NCBI GenBank assembly: GCA_004431415.1
Contig: QPMI01000512.1
Coordinates: 1-60,917 of the forward strand
Direction: 5' to 3'
DNA from: Cyanophora paradoxa CCMP329
Lineage: Eukaryota; Plantae; Glaucophyta
DNA: 60,917 nucleotides
The position numbers and the translations under genes were made by a program. Positions 33,003 to 42,881 of this stretch are shown piece by piece. The notes below the pieces were generated by a model. That model was given only the letters and a program-made list of their open reading frames with translations. It did no database searches and was not told where the DNA came from. The number at the start of each line of letters is the position of its first letter. Position 1 is the stretch's first letter.

Positions 33003-35033
33003 TTATCCGCTACCCCTCCCCCTTCCGCGCCCCTTGCCTTTTCCGCGCCCTCGGCCCCTGGCCCTCAGGTCGCCGATTTCCGCGGCCTGCGGCGCAAAGC
33101 GGGGATCGTCCGCCTGGCCGGCGTCCGCCTGGAAAATCGTGAAGAGGTACCCGTCCGTGTTGTTGTCGGTGTTGTTCGTGTTTCGCGCGTGCGACCACTC
33201 TTTCAGTAAATCGCGCCTCTGCTTGTCGGGCAGCGTCTTCGAGAGGTACTCCTGCAGCTTGCTCGCGTAATTTTCCTCTGGGATCAGCGACGCAAGGACG
33301 GTGGGCGGATCTTTCCCCATGCCTATCTTCTCTTCCGTCAGCATGCGCTCGAGCTCTGCGATTTCCACCATCGTATCGATGCTCGGCTGCGGTCCTGCCT
33401 CTGCCCTCTTCTGGTCTACGAGGCGCTGCCCGGCCGCCGTGAATTTCGCGGACAGAATTTGGTGCAGCCGCTCGTACACGGTCGTGGTGCCCGGCTCCTT
33501 CTCCTTCAGCAGCACCACCCAGTCGTAATTCGCCCACAGCACCTGCAGGTTCGATATGTGATCGATCGTCACCAGCACGTGGGCGTGCAGCGCCCCGTCC
33601 GTCGGCCCCACCTCCACGCCCCCTTGCACGCGAATTCCGATGATTGCGTTGGCGTACGTGTCGTCCTTGTACTTGCCGTTCTCTTCCTTCATATTGAAGC
33701 GTATGAACTTGTAGAATTCTGCGTCCGAGAGCACCTCTGCGAGGCTGTCGCGCAGCGCCGCCGCCTCGAATTCGCGCGCCTCTCCCAGGCGCTTGTGCGT
33801 GTTGAAGAGCACCCAGTAGCGCGACTGGCGCGCCTGTCGTATGTCGTACCGCGTGCTTCCGTCGGGATTCTTTTTGTTGAGGATGAAGACCGACCGCCCC
33901 GTCTCGCTGATTTCCGTGATCACCTTCTCGAGCGCCTCCAGCCCGTTTGCCTGCGCCGCCTGCAGTCCCGTTTTCGCCTTCTCTATGTTCTGCTTCACCT
34001 CTTGCGCGTCCGCGAAGGTTGCCATTAAATCTTCCATGCTCGGCGCCACGATTTTCGCCTTTCTGATTTTCGACTGCGCAGAGTTGGGCTCGATGACGGA
34101 CGATCCGAAGTCAGCGGCCGTATCCTTTGCCTTTTTCGTGGTCTTTGGCTTCGGCCCGCCGAGCACGCTCTCGACCATGTGATCGCGCGTCTGCTTGGAG
34201 ACGGTGGCCGTGTCGCCCCTCTTTCGCCTCTGCAGGCCCAAGATCACGAGCAGGCCCCTGTTGCCGAGCAGCGTGACGCATTTCTGGCAGAGCCACGAGT
34301 TCCTGGGCGACACCGTGGGCACCTGCGCCGGCTTCTTGTCCTTGATGAGGGGGTACGGCTCCTGGCCCTTTTTCTTTCCCTTGCCGTTTTGCTTGGCTGC
34401 CCACGCGTTTGCCTTCTCTATAACTGCAACGTACTCTTCGTACACGGCATCCTTCCTCGCCTGCGCTGCCTCCCTCGCGGCGATTTTCTCTGGCGTGTTG
34501 GCCCCCTTGGCGCTCGGCACGGGCGTGGCTTCGTACATGAGGCGAAGGCAGCGGTAGCAGATTGGCGGCGATTTCTGCGCGCTCTGGTACGTGCGCGGTA
34601 TGGCGCGCAGTCGCTCCTCGGGGAGTTTATCGTACTCGATTTCGCTGTGGATGCTCCAGAGGGTCGCGGGCTCGTGGTATGATTTATCGAGCAGCGATGG
34701 GAGCATCTGAACTTCTTTGGTGGCCGAGAGCTTGATGTAATCGGATATGCTCTTCTGCTGCTGGAATATGCCGTCCTCGCCCTGAACCAGCACGTATCGC
34801 TTCGGAATCTCAACGACGGGCGTCTCGAGCTCGTCCACGCCCGTATCGGGTGCGCCCCCCTTGGCCTTTCCCTTTCCCTTGCCCTTGCCCTTGCCCTTGC
34901 CCTTCGGCTTAGGCTCCGGCTCCTCTTCCTCCTCTTCTTCCTCTGACTCGGAGGACGGGGACGTGGGCTCCTCTTCCTCTGACTCGCTCGAGCTCTCTGG
35001 CTTCTTCTTGCGGCCTCGGCGCTTCGGAGGCAT
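33003..35033 (-). CDS. Long HUH endonuclease (Rep-like) with acidic/basic N-terminus and split Zn motif
   Basis: Motif I RYWVLFNTH, motif II EVGPTDGALHAHVLV, motif III EYLSK; CYRC...CQKC. Confidence 0.82.
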   Translation of the reverse strand: MPPKRRGRKKKPESSSESEEEEPTSPSSESEEEEEEEEPEPKPKGKGKGKGKGKGKAKGGAPDTGVDELETPVVEIPKRYVLVQGEDGIFQQQKSISDYIKLSATKEVQMLPSLLDKSYHEPATLWSIHSEIEYDKLPEERLRAIPRTYQSAQKSPPICYRCLRLMYEATPVPSAKGANTPEKIAAREAAQARKDAVYEEYVAVIEKANAWAAKQNGKGKKKGQEPYPLIKDKKPAQVPTVSPRNSWLCQKCVTLLGNRGLLVILGLQRRKRGDTATVSKQTRDHMVESVLGGPKPKTTKKAKDTAADFGSSVIEPNSAQSKIRKAKIVAPSMEDLMATFADAQEVKQNIEKAKTGLQAAQANGLEALEKVITEISETGRSVFILNKKNPDGSTRYDIRQARQSRYWVLFNTHKRLGEAREFEAAALRDSLAEVLSDAEFYKFIRFNMKEENGKYKDDTYANAIIGIRVQGGVEVGPTDGALHAHVLVTIDHISNLQVLWANYDWVVLLKEKEPGTTTVYERLHQILSAKFTAAGQRLVDQKRAEAGPQPSIDTMVEIAELERMLTEEKIGMGKDPPTVLASLIPEENYASKLQEYLSKTLPDKQRRDLLKEWSHARNTNNTDNNTDGYLFTIFQADAGQADDPRFAPQAAEIGDLRARGRGRGKGKGRGRGRGSG

Positions 35034-35056
35034 ATTTATTGGCCACGAGAAAAAAT

Positions 35057-35899
35057 TTACACGAGCTTTGCAGCACCCGTCTCGAGGGCCTCTACCGTCT
35101 TCGTAATGTACAGCTGCAGCAGATCCTTAAGGTTGCTCTGCGGCAGCAATTTTACGTCTACGTGCATCTGCCTGGCGGTTTCTCGCTTCTTGTAGCCCGT
35201 CTCCTTGCCCGTCCACTGCATGCCGAGGGCGTCCTTTCTCCGTATCGGCCGCACCGCCGTCTTCTGGTACTCCTCTCCGAACCAGTCGTCCTTGTAGAAA
35301 TTCGGCAGGCCGCCCTGCCCCTCCGTTTGCATGAACTTGATGAGGAAATCCGACGCCCGCTTGCCGTCGAATTGCACGCGCGAGTAGTGCACCAGCGTGA
35401 GCAGGATGTGCGCGTGGAGCCGCCCCGACCGCGGCCCGTACTCGATGCCGATGTTTGCGTTGCCCTTCTCCACGTGCGTGTCGTACTGGTCCGACTTGAA
35501 ATCGAAATTCTTGGGGTTCGCCTTGTCGGGGTACACCCCCATCTTTATGCACCGCGCCAGCTGCCTGTCGTCGTAGAAGAGGGCCTCCAGCCCCCTGTGA
35601 AAGGCGTCCTGCACCTTGGCGCCCTCTCCCCTGCTCCGCGGCCTGTAGTTGGTCTGGATGGTGATCATGAAATTCGACTCGCGCTGGGGTCGATCCTCTC
35701 CGTTTATTTTCCTCACGGGCGCCGCGTCCAGCACCTTCTGGAACCACGTCTTGTCGGGCGCCAGCACCTTGTCGTTGATGTTGCCCACCACGATGTGCGT
35801 CTCTACCCGGGAGCGGCCGGAGGCGTCCATGCGGAGGTGCGGGTTCGGGGCTCGGGCTTGCCTGTTTGCTGCTACGCCCCTCGCAATCAGGTTGAGCAT
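35057..35899 (-). CDS. HUH endonuclease (rolling-circle Rep-like)
   Basis: Motif I NFMITIQTN, motif II EYGPRSGRLHAHILL, motif III LYITK. ATG at 35899 is preceded by AAAATTTTCT. Confidence 0.85.
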   Translation of the reverse strand: MLNLIARGVAANRQARAPNPHLRMDASGRSRVETHIVVGNINDKVLAPDKTWFQKVLDAAPVRKINGEDRPQRESNFMITIQTNYRPRSRGEGAKVQDAFHRGLEALFYDDRQLARCIKMGVYPDKANPKNFDFKSDQYDTHVEKGNANIGIEYGPRSGRLHAHILLTLVHYSRVQFDGKRASDFLIKFMQTEGQGGLPNFYKDDWFGEEYQKTAVRPIRRKDALGMQWTGKETGYKKRETARQMHVDVKLLPQSNLKDLLQLYITKTVEALETGAAKLV

Positions 35900-36131
35900 G
35901 TCAGACAAGGGCCTAGAAAATTTTCCGAGGCTAGGGTGAGCTTCCACGTGGGGCCCCGGGGTACGTTCACACCTCACCTGAGCGATCACCTGAGCCTCAC
36001 ATGAATCACCTGAGCAACGCCTTCTGCCACGTCTGCGGCCTCACTTGCGCCTGGGATCCGCTAGACTGCGTCAAGCCGATCTGCGCTTTCTGCAAGGGAA
36101 TAGCTCAGCTGCAGTACGAGGACTCGGAGGA

Positions 36132-36962
36132 ATGGCAGACTCTGGCGAAATCGATCTCCTCCTCCGAAACTTCGAGCAGATCCAGCGCTACGGCGCCATC
36201 CTTCACGACGAGGGGGACCCAGACTTCGACACTCCGGCACCGTACCCCGCCGCCGCCGCCGCCATCACCAGTTCCTACCTTGGAGCCGGAGAGCGCCCCC
36301 GCAAGCGCAACCGCCGCACCCAAGGCCCCCAAGGCGAAGCCGCTGTCCCCTGCGGAAATTGCGGCTCTACCTCCCTCGTTGGCGTTCACCTGGATGGGGA
36401 TCTGGTTTGCCAAGGCTGCGGTCTGGTCCTGGATCTTTATTATCCGGACCATCAACCCCTGGCTGTCAGCGAAATCCACAGCAACTACCTGCGCAAGTAC
36501 CACGTATCTGAGCGACTTAAGCAGCACTGCTTGGAGGATTCTCCTGTACCCGAGGACGTGCTGGCAGCTATTGCGCGGCGCATGGCGGGGAAGGAGTGGA
36601 GCAAAGACAATATCCGCCAAGTTCTCCGGGCTCTGAAGCAGCAGAAGTACATCGAGCGCTGGGCGCAGATCAAGTGGCGAATCACGGGCGAGCGCCCGCC
36701 TCCGATGAGCGCGGAGGATATGGACCGGGTGCAGGAGATGTTCGCCCTGGTGGAGGTCCCCTTCAGCATGTTCAAGTCGCAGGGCAGGAAGAACATGCTC
36801 AACTACAACTACGTTTTCAGGCAGATTTTCGTGCTGCTAGATTTGCCCCAGCACCTCCCCTATTTTCCCTTGCTCAAGAGCAGGCAGAAACTCTCGGAGT
36901 TAGATTCGATTTGGAACAGGATCTGCGAGTACAACGACTGGCATTTCTTTCCTACTCTTTAG
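36132..36962 (+). CDS. VLTF3: Viral late transcription factor 3 (poxvirus A2-like)
   Basis: Zn ribbon CGNCG...VCQGCG; RKNMLNYNYV, YFPLLKSRQKL, IWNRICEYNDWHFFPT. Confidence 0.95.
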   Translation: MADSGEIDLLLRNFEQIQRYGAILHDEGDPDFDTPAPYPAAAAAITSSYLGAGERPRKRNRRTQGPQGEAAVPCGNCGSTSLVGVHLDGDLVCQGCGLVLDLYYPDHQPLAVSEIHSNYLRKYHVSERLKQHCLEDSPVPEDVLAAIARRMAGKEWSKDNIRQVLRALKQQKYIERWAQIKWRITGERPPPMSAEDMDRVQEMFALVEVPFSMFKSQGRKNMLNYNYVFRQIFVLLDLPQHLPYFPLLKSRQKLSELDSIWNRICEYNDWHFFPTL

Positions 36963-37307
36963 CTACTCTTTAGTGATCGCGGCGGCCTTCCGCTCGAGCG
37001 CCTGCTTGATTCCGAAGCTAGCGCTGGTAGCCTTGATTAGCATGTTCGTCTGCCCGTGTGTAAATCCGAGGATGAACATAATTCCGCCGGTGGGGTCGTC
37101 GTCGAAGAACTTGAGAGTGAGCACGTACTTCGAGAGCAGGCCGAGGGAGAGGCCGTTGACGGCGACTTGCGCGGCGAGCTCGGCCGCGTGGCCCGCCCTA
37201 TTTTCGCCTTCGTGCGAGGAGAAGGCGGCGTCGATGAGGGAGCCGGATGCCAGGCCGAGGGCGTACTGCACGATAGCCTGGGAGAGCCCTAGGAGCACCT
37301 TTGACAT
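36963..37307 (-). CDS. Predicted membrane protein
   Basis: Several hydrophobic segments in 114 aa. Confidence 0.6.
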   Translation of the reverse strand: MSKVLLGLSQAIVQYALGLASGSLIDAAFSSHEGENRAGHAAELAAQVAVNGLSLGLLSKYVLTLKFFDDDPTGGIMFILGFTHGQTNMLIKATSASFGIKQALERKAAAITKE

Positions 37308-37342
37308 TTTCCTGGGGCCTCGGAAATTTTTAAGGGGCGCGC

Positions 37343-37687
37343 CTAGGCGTCGGAGTCCTCGTCCTCAGTCTCCTCCTCTTCCGAGCTCGATTCCGAGGTT
37401 GCAAAGTCGTCCGGGTCGCGCACGTAAATAACCCTGTCTCCCTCTTCGTCTGTCATCTCTTCCGAGCTGGAATCCTCGCTCCCCAGGGACTCGGCCGCGG
37501 CCTCGTCCGCCGCCTCCGACGTGAGGCACTCCCAGTTAATTCCCAGCGCGTCGCAGATCCTCTCCAGGGCGCTGCTGACCTCGCCGTCGTTAAAGGGCGA
37601 GGAGGGGTCGAGGCTCGCCTCCAGGAGGCAGTCGTAGGCGATGGACTCGACGCGGAAGACGGAGGCGATGTGGGCGCTGGGAGACAT
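37343..37687 (-). CDS. Acidic hypothetical protein
   Basis: 114 aa with a D/E/S-rich tail. Confidence 0.6.
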   Translation of the reverse strand: MSPSAHIASVFRVESIAYDCLLEASLDPSSPFNDGEVSSALERICDALGINWECLTSEAADEAAAESLGSEDSSSEEMTDEEGDRVIYVRDPDDFATSESSSEEEETEDEDSDA

Positions 37688-37713
37688 GCTTACGCACGTG
37701 GCCTCAGAAAAAA

Positions 37714-38780
37714 TCAGGCGAGGCCGCGGTGCTTCCTGAAATTATCTATCATGCCTAGGAGCGTCTTGTCCACCGTGCCGTCGTCCGGGCCCACGAGATT
37801 TTCTCCGTTGACGGTTTCGCCCTCCCAGTACTCCTTGGATCCGATTCGGAACGGGGGCGGCTCCTCGGCCTTGTAGACGTACAGAACGTCCAGAGGGTTC
37901 GTAGAGTTGTTGGAAGAATCGATGATAAGGCAGTGGTTATCCTGCGTGTATTTATCGAGCAGGTAGTAGAAGGCGCGCTGGGATATGATGTCGCCCCACT
38001 CCTTTGCGAGGGCCTCGCGCTGCATCGCCTGCGAGCACTTGAAAATGACAGCCAGATCAGTATTGGAGCGCAGGACGGGATTGATGCCCTTGGCATACTG
38101 CGTCGTGATAAGGGTCATGATTTTGTAGTGGCGCCCCGCCACGAACAGCTCGTTGAGGGCCTCGTCGTACCGCAGACGCGAGTCGGAAATCACGTCGTCG
38201 AGCAGCACGAAAAATCGCGGATCGACGGGATCTTCCTTTCCGGCCAGCACGTCTTCCGACTTATTGTGCTGCATGATCGCCTGCTGCCTCCTGAATAAAT
38301 GGAAGAGCACCCCGGGTTGTACTTGGGCCAGATGAAGCGCTGCGGGATGTACTGCTTCCAGTACCCGTTCAGGCGATCGGTCTGGCTGATTACGATACCC
38401 CCCGGGAAGGTGCCGGAGAGGTTGAACATGAGATCGCGAAGGAAAAAGGACTTGCCCGTGCGCCGCTTGCCCACGCAGACGACGGTGGCGTCGGGCTTGA
38501 CGGTGTTCACGTCGAACCACTTAAGTTCGGGCAGGCAGGCCATGCGCTCGATGCCGCCCGTCTTCGAGTTGTCGAGGAAGGCGTTGACCTGCTCGGGCGT
38601 GAGCTGCATGCCGTCCTCTGTCATGCCCATGGCGCAGCTGGCGCCGGCGGCGGGGGCGGTGCCCGAGCCCGAGCCGAGGCCTGGCCGGCGGGGCGGGGCC
38701 GCGGGCGCTGCGCCTGCGGGCTGGGCGGCCTGGGGCTTGGCCGCCTTCGGCTTCTTCGGCTTCTTGGGGTCCTTGGCCAT
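37714..38780 (-). CDS. A32-like packaging ATPase; one homopolymer frameshift near 38310
   Basis: GKRRTGKS, FVLLDDV, LFVAGRHYK, TTQY..GINPVLRSNTD, YKAE..PPFRIGSKEYW. Confidence 0.95.
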
Positions 38781-38817
38781 TTTACCCCCTTCATTCAGAT
38801 TTTCTTGTGACCTCGGA

Positions 38818-39294
38818 ATGAAGATTCTCGGCGTGGATGTGGGGGTCATTAATTTCGCCTGGTGCCTCATCGAATTCGATCCGCAGACAAAGGAATCCCA
38901 GATTCTCGACTGGCAAAAGATCGCCCTCTTCCCGTCTGCGCGCTGCTGTGGCCGCCTGGTTGCGCGCCTGGTGGAGGTTACTAGCGCTCATAGCGCCTTC
39001 GGCCTTCCCGACCAGATCGCGATCGAGGGCCAGAGGACGGGAATCAATCGCTGCATCGAGTGCACGCTCCACGCCCTCCTGTACGGGCGTGCGCGCATCG
39101 TGAGCCCGCGCGCCATCAAGCACTTCTTCAAGATCTCGAACCCGAGCTACAAGGAGCGCAAGCGCGGCGCCGTGGACAAGTGCCGCGACCTCGTACCCGC
39201 CCAGCTCTCGGAAATCGCGGATCGAAACGGCAAGCTAGACGACCTCTGCGACGCCTACTTAATCGCCCTCTACGCCGCCCTCAATCCGTTGTGA
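38818..39294 (+). CDS. RuvC-like Holliday junction resolvase (poxvirus A22-like)
   Basis: ILGVDVGVINFAW, IAIEGQ, YKERK..AV, KLDDLCDAYL. Confidence 0.92.
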   Translation: MKILGVDVGVINFAWCLIEFDPQTKESQILDWQKIALFPSARCCGRLVARLVEVTSAHSAFGLPDQIAIEGQRTGINRCIECTLHALLYGRARIVSPRAIKHFFKISNPSYKERKRGAVDKCRDLVPAQLSEIADRNGKLDDLCDAYLIALYAALNPL

Positions 39295-39492
39295 TCCCAT
39301 TGTGATTTCTAGGCCCCGCCCGCCAGATGGGATCTTCGTGTCGCAAGCCCAGGCCCCTCTGCTGTGAAATCTGCCGCCTGCCGCAGACCAAGCGCGGCTG
39401 GGTGCTCAAGGCGGGCGTCTACGTCTGCTGCGCCCGGTGCGCCGTCCGCTACTACGCACTTTTTTCTGAAGGCTGCTACATCCGTAGCTAGC

Positions 39493-39888
39493 ATGGAGCA
39501 CGCCCACTACTGCTTCAAGTGCCGTTCCAACACCAAGCTCGCCAACGTCGAGGTGCGTACCAGCAAGAACAACCGCCAGGTGGCCGTCGGCTCCTGCACG
39601 CAATGCAGCGGCCGGGTCTCGCGCTTCATGCGCCGGGTCCTCGAGGAGGGGGCCCGGGAGACCAGCCCCCCGCCGCAGCGCCCCCAGGTGGCCCACGCCA
39701 CTGGCCCGGCCGCCGGCTCGAGCCAGGCACCGGCAGCCCCTACGGTCCCGAAGCCCCCCGCGGCGCCCCGGGCGAAGAAGACGGCGGCGCCGGCGGACGA
39801 CCTCGCGCCCACCGAGAACCAGACGCAGAAGCGCCAGCGCGCGCCGAAGAAGGCGGCGAGCGAGCCCGCGATTGCAGTTCAGATGTGA
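39493..39888 (+). CDS. Zn-ribbon protein (DUF5679-like) with Pro/Ala-rich tail
   Basis: YCFKCR...TSKNNR...GSCTQCSGRVSRF. Confidence 0.7.
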   Translation: MEHAHYCFKCRSNTKLANVEVRTSKNNRQVAVGSCTQCSGRVSRFMRRVLEEGARETSPPPQRPQVAHATGPAAGSSQAPAAPTVPKPPAAPRAKKTAAPADDLAPTENQTQKRQRAPKKAASEPAIAVQM

Positions 39889-40110
39889 TTCGGCGGCGCA
39901 ACTGCCCCTGCCACTGCTTCGTCTGCGACTACCCCCCCACCTGCTTCCCCGGCCACCTGCAGTTCGGCCACGAGATCACGGTGGCGCGCGTGGGCGGGCG
40001 GGCCCGCCTCGTCTGCAGGCGCTGCGCGCGCGGCCTCTTCGCCGACTTTCGCAGGATCCGCGACAGGGAGCTCACGGGCAGTATTTCTAAGTCCCTCCCC
40101 AAATTAAGAA

Positions 40111-40374
40111 ATGGCCTCCCTGCTGTTCGATAGGGATATGTACCAAATGCGCAACCACTTCGAGGGCATCTACCCGCCGCGCGTGCCGCAGGAGCAGTTT
40201 CCACGCCCGCACTACACGGACCACCGCACGCACGGGCTGAGCAGGCCTGGGGCCGCCCAGCTGCTGCAGCACCACGGGGGCGCGGCGGCGGAGCGCGACT
40301 GGTCGCCCCTCTGGATTATAGCGGGGATCCTGGTGGGGTACCTCCTCTTCCGACCCAGTGTAATTTCTCAGTGA
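40111..40374 (+). CDS. Small protein with C-terminal TM helix
   Basis: WSPLWIIAGILVGYLLFR. Confidence 0.6.
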   Translation: MASLLFDRDMYQMRNHFEGIYPPRVPQEQFPRPHYTDHRTHGLSRPGAAQLLQHHGGAAAERDWSPLWIIAGILVGYLLFRPSVISQ

Positions 40375-40386
40375 CCCCGTACCCCG

Positions 40387-40725
40387 ATGTCTCGATCTGC
40401 CCCTTACTGGGCCCCAATTGATACGCAAATTGAGATGCTGCGCGCTCGCATGCAGAAGCTGACGCTCGAAGAGGATCCCACGGATGTGCCCGAGCTGAAG
40501 GCGGGGCTGACCACGCTGCCGACGGATATCGTCGAGAACATTCGCGATTGGGTGTACAGACTGCAGGGCGAGGTCCGTGCACGGCTCTGGCAAATCGTGA
40601 TGGGGCAGAGGGCCGCGGCCTACCGTAGCTTCGGTGACCAGAGGGACGCGGCCACGCGCAGGTGGGAGAGACAGTTCCCCGAGACGTACGGGGGCGCGAA
40701 CCCATATTTTTCTGGTAACGGTTAA
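40387..40725 (+). CDS. Hypothetical protein
   Basis: 112 aa, upstream AATTTC motif. Confidence 0.55.
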   Translation: MSRSAPYWAPIDTQIEMLRARMQKLTLEEDPTDVPELKAGLTTLPTDIVENIRDWVYRLQGEVRARLWQIVMGQRAAAYRSFGDQRDAATRRWERQFPETYGGANPYFSGNG

Positions 40726-40727
40726 AT

Positions 40728-41006
40728 ATGCCGGAGCCGCAGAAAAAGCCCGCGAAAAAGGCGCCCACGAACGGGCAGGAGAAGCCGACAAAGGCGGAGG
40801 TGAAGGAGGCGAAGGAGAAGCTGAAGGGCCCGCCCGAATTTCCAAAGGGGCCGAAGCCGCTGTACGAGGACGTCTCGCCCGGCGAAATATTCGTGGCGAT
40901 GCGCCCGACGAAGCAGGGGAAGAAGGGCGGCGACAAGAAGGACGGGAAGGACGACAAGGCCAAGACCGATAAAATTTCAAAGCCCACCCCTAAGAAGAGC
41001 AAATGA
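40728..41006 (+). CDS. Small Lys-rich protein
   Basis: 92 aa, highly basic. Confidence 0.6.
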   Translation: MPEPQKKPAKKAPTNGQEKPTKAEVKEAKEKLKGPPEFPKGPKPLYEDVSPGEIFVAMRPTKQGKKGGDKKDGKDDKAKTDKISKPTPKKSK

Positions 41007-42856
41007 GGGGGCTCGCCTCGCGTTTCGCGCCCCGCAACGTGCTGGCGGTCCCGGGGGGCGGGGACTCGCACATCACGCCTTTCGAGAGCGAGAAGTACGC
41101 GCGCTTCCAGCAGATGGCAAAGACGGCCTTGCACCGATCCGACGACGTGCGTCGTATTGAGGATAGGCAAAAAGTCGATAAACTTGCAGAGGTAGAGGCG
41201 CAGGCAATTGCAAATGCGTACTACATCAACAAGTTCAAAGACATGGAACAGGAAATCGACGGAGAGTATGAGGAGGGCTTCCGCGCTTGGCTCATGGGCC
41301 AATCTGCCTTCACGTCTGGAACAAAAGCGCTGGGGGCCGGTGCCTGCAACGTGGACGGTAAGAATCTTACCGTTCTACCGGGCGTGCGTGAATTTTGCAT
41401 GTCGAAGGAGGACCAAGTCACGGAATTTTTGAAGCGCAAGAAGAGACTTGAGACGCTCGGCCCAATGAACCTTGACGATGCCTACTATTACTACAAGTAC
41501 ATTATCAATGGCGAAGAGTTCAAACCCACTAGCATTTACGCACACGCGGAATTCCCCGACGGCAAGCCACCCGATTATTCGGAGAGAAATACATACAAAC
41601 CCTTTGCCCAGGCCGATCCGCCGGACGAAGACGATGAAGGCCCCGGGCCCAACGAGAGTCGCCAGCGCGATGAACGTGCAGAGATCCGACGCCTGAGCAA
41701 GAACCTCTCGCGGCTCAGCGGAATTTTAGAGAAGGAGAGGGACCAGCGTGCACGGCTTACGCAACGCGACAACGATGCCGTCGATGAGCGCGGCGTTCAG
41801 GCCCTTAACGGGAATGGCGCCAAGGAAGCGCTCATCCAGGCAGAGCTGCCGTACAAGAAGCCGAGCGTGGCCTTTCGCGCCCCCCGCAGGCCAAGGCCGC
41901 CCCCCGGCGGCGGAGACCGCGATGTAGATATGGGCGATGGAGGAGGACGGCCCAGCGGCGCGCCACCGAGGCCGCCGCAGACGCCCCCACTGGCGCCCCA
42001 GCCCGGCCCTTCCCAGCCCCCGGCGACGGTGGCCAGGCCATCCGCGCCCCCCGCGGAGCAGCAGCCCCCGCCCCCGCCCCCGCCCGAGCCGCAGGCGGGG
42101 CCCTCGCGCCCGCCAGAGGTGGTAGCGGCCGAGGCTGCGGCCACGGCTGCGGCCAACGCCGTCGCGCAAACTTTTGCCCCGGCGATGGCTGTACCCCAGC
42201 TCTTCGATCCCGGTCAGGGGCCCTCGTCACCGCGCGCGCCCATCGAGAACCTCATCGATCCCAAAGAGAAACGCAAGGGGGGTTCGAAGCAGGGCGCCGC
42301 CGCATCCATGCTTCTGCAGGGTTACAACAGGCGCACGGACATAGCCAGCGAACGGTTGGGACAGGGCCGCGAAGAAGTGCTCGCAAAGCGGCGCAGCGGC
42401 ACTGCGGAGCAGTACCGCGCCGTCGTAAGGGAAGACCATCGCCAGGAACTGGAGGCGGCGGTGGGCCCGCCAGTTGCGATGGAAGAAGAGGCTGTGAATG
42501 AGGCTGTGCAGGCACTCGAGGCAAGCATCGCGAACGAAATCGAAATGGAAGATGCACCCGAGACTGCCGAACGTGAAGCCATCCAAATGGAGGAGGACCT
42601 CAAAGCGGCAAAGGTGAGAGTCGTGTTCGACGAGCTCGTGGCGAAGGTTCAGCGAGCCGACAATCTGGAAGAGTTCCAAAAGACGGAATTGAAGAAGAGG
42701 TTCGTGATAAAAGCAAAGATGCTGCTGGACTTGCCGAACGACATAATCGAGGCCGTTCCCGAAATTGCAATTCGAAAGTTCATGAGGGGTGACTTCGACG
42801 CGCGTAGCCTGTACAAGGTTGCCGAGCAAGTGAAACGGGCTGGCGGTGCCTCGTAA
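41003..42856 (+). CDS. Hypothetical protein upstream of MCP (globular N-terminus, Pro-rich linker, helical C-terminus)
   Basis: Intact 617-aa ORF. Confidence 0.7.
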   Translation: MRGLASRFAPRNVLAVPGGGDSHITPFESEKYARFQQMAKTALHRSDDVRRIEDRQKVDKLAEVEAQAIANAYYINKFKDMEQEIDGEYEEGFRAWLMGQSAFTSGTKALGAGACNVDGKNLTVLPGVREFCMSKEDQVTEFLKRKKRLETLGPMNLDDAYYYYKYIINGEEFKPTSIYAHAEFPDGKPPDYSERNTYKPFAQADPPDEDDEGPGPNESRQRDERAEIRRLSKNLSRLSGILEKERDQRARLTQRDNDAVDERGVQALNGNGAKEALIQAELPYKKPSVAFRAPRRPRPPPGGGDRDVDMGDGGGRPSGAPPRPPQTPPLAPQPGPSQPPATVARPSAPPAEQQPPPPPPPEPQAGPSRPPEVVAAEAAATAAANAVAQTFAPAMAVPQLFDPGQGPSSPRAPIENLIDPKEKRKGGSKQGAAASMLLQGYNRRTDIASERLGQGREEVLAKRRSGTAEQYRAVVREDHRQELEAAVGPPVAMEEEAVNEAVQALEASIANEIEMEDAPETAEREAIQMEEDLKAAKVRVVFDELVAKVQRADNLEEFQKTELKKRFVIKAKMLLDLPNDIIEAVPEIAIRKFMRGDFDARSLYKVAEQVKRAGGAS

Positions 42857-42881
42857 AATTTTCTCAACGCACCCCTAAACC

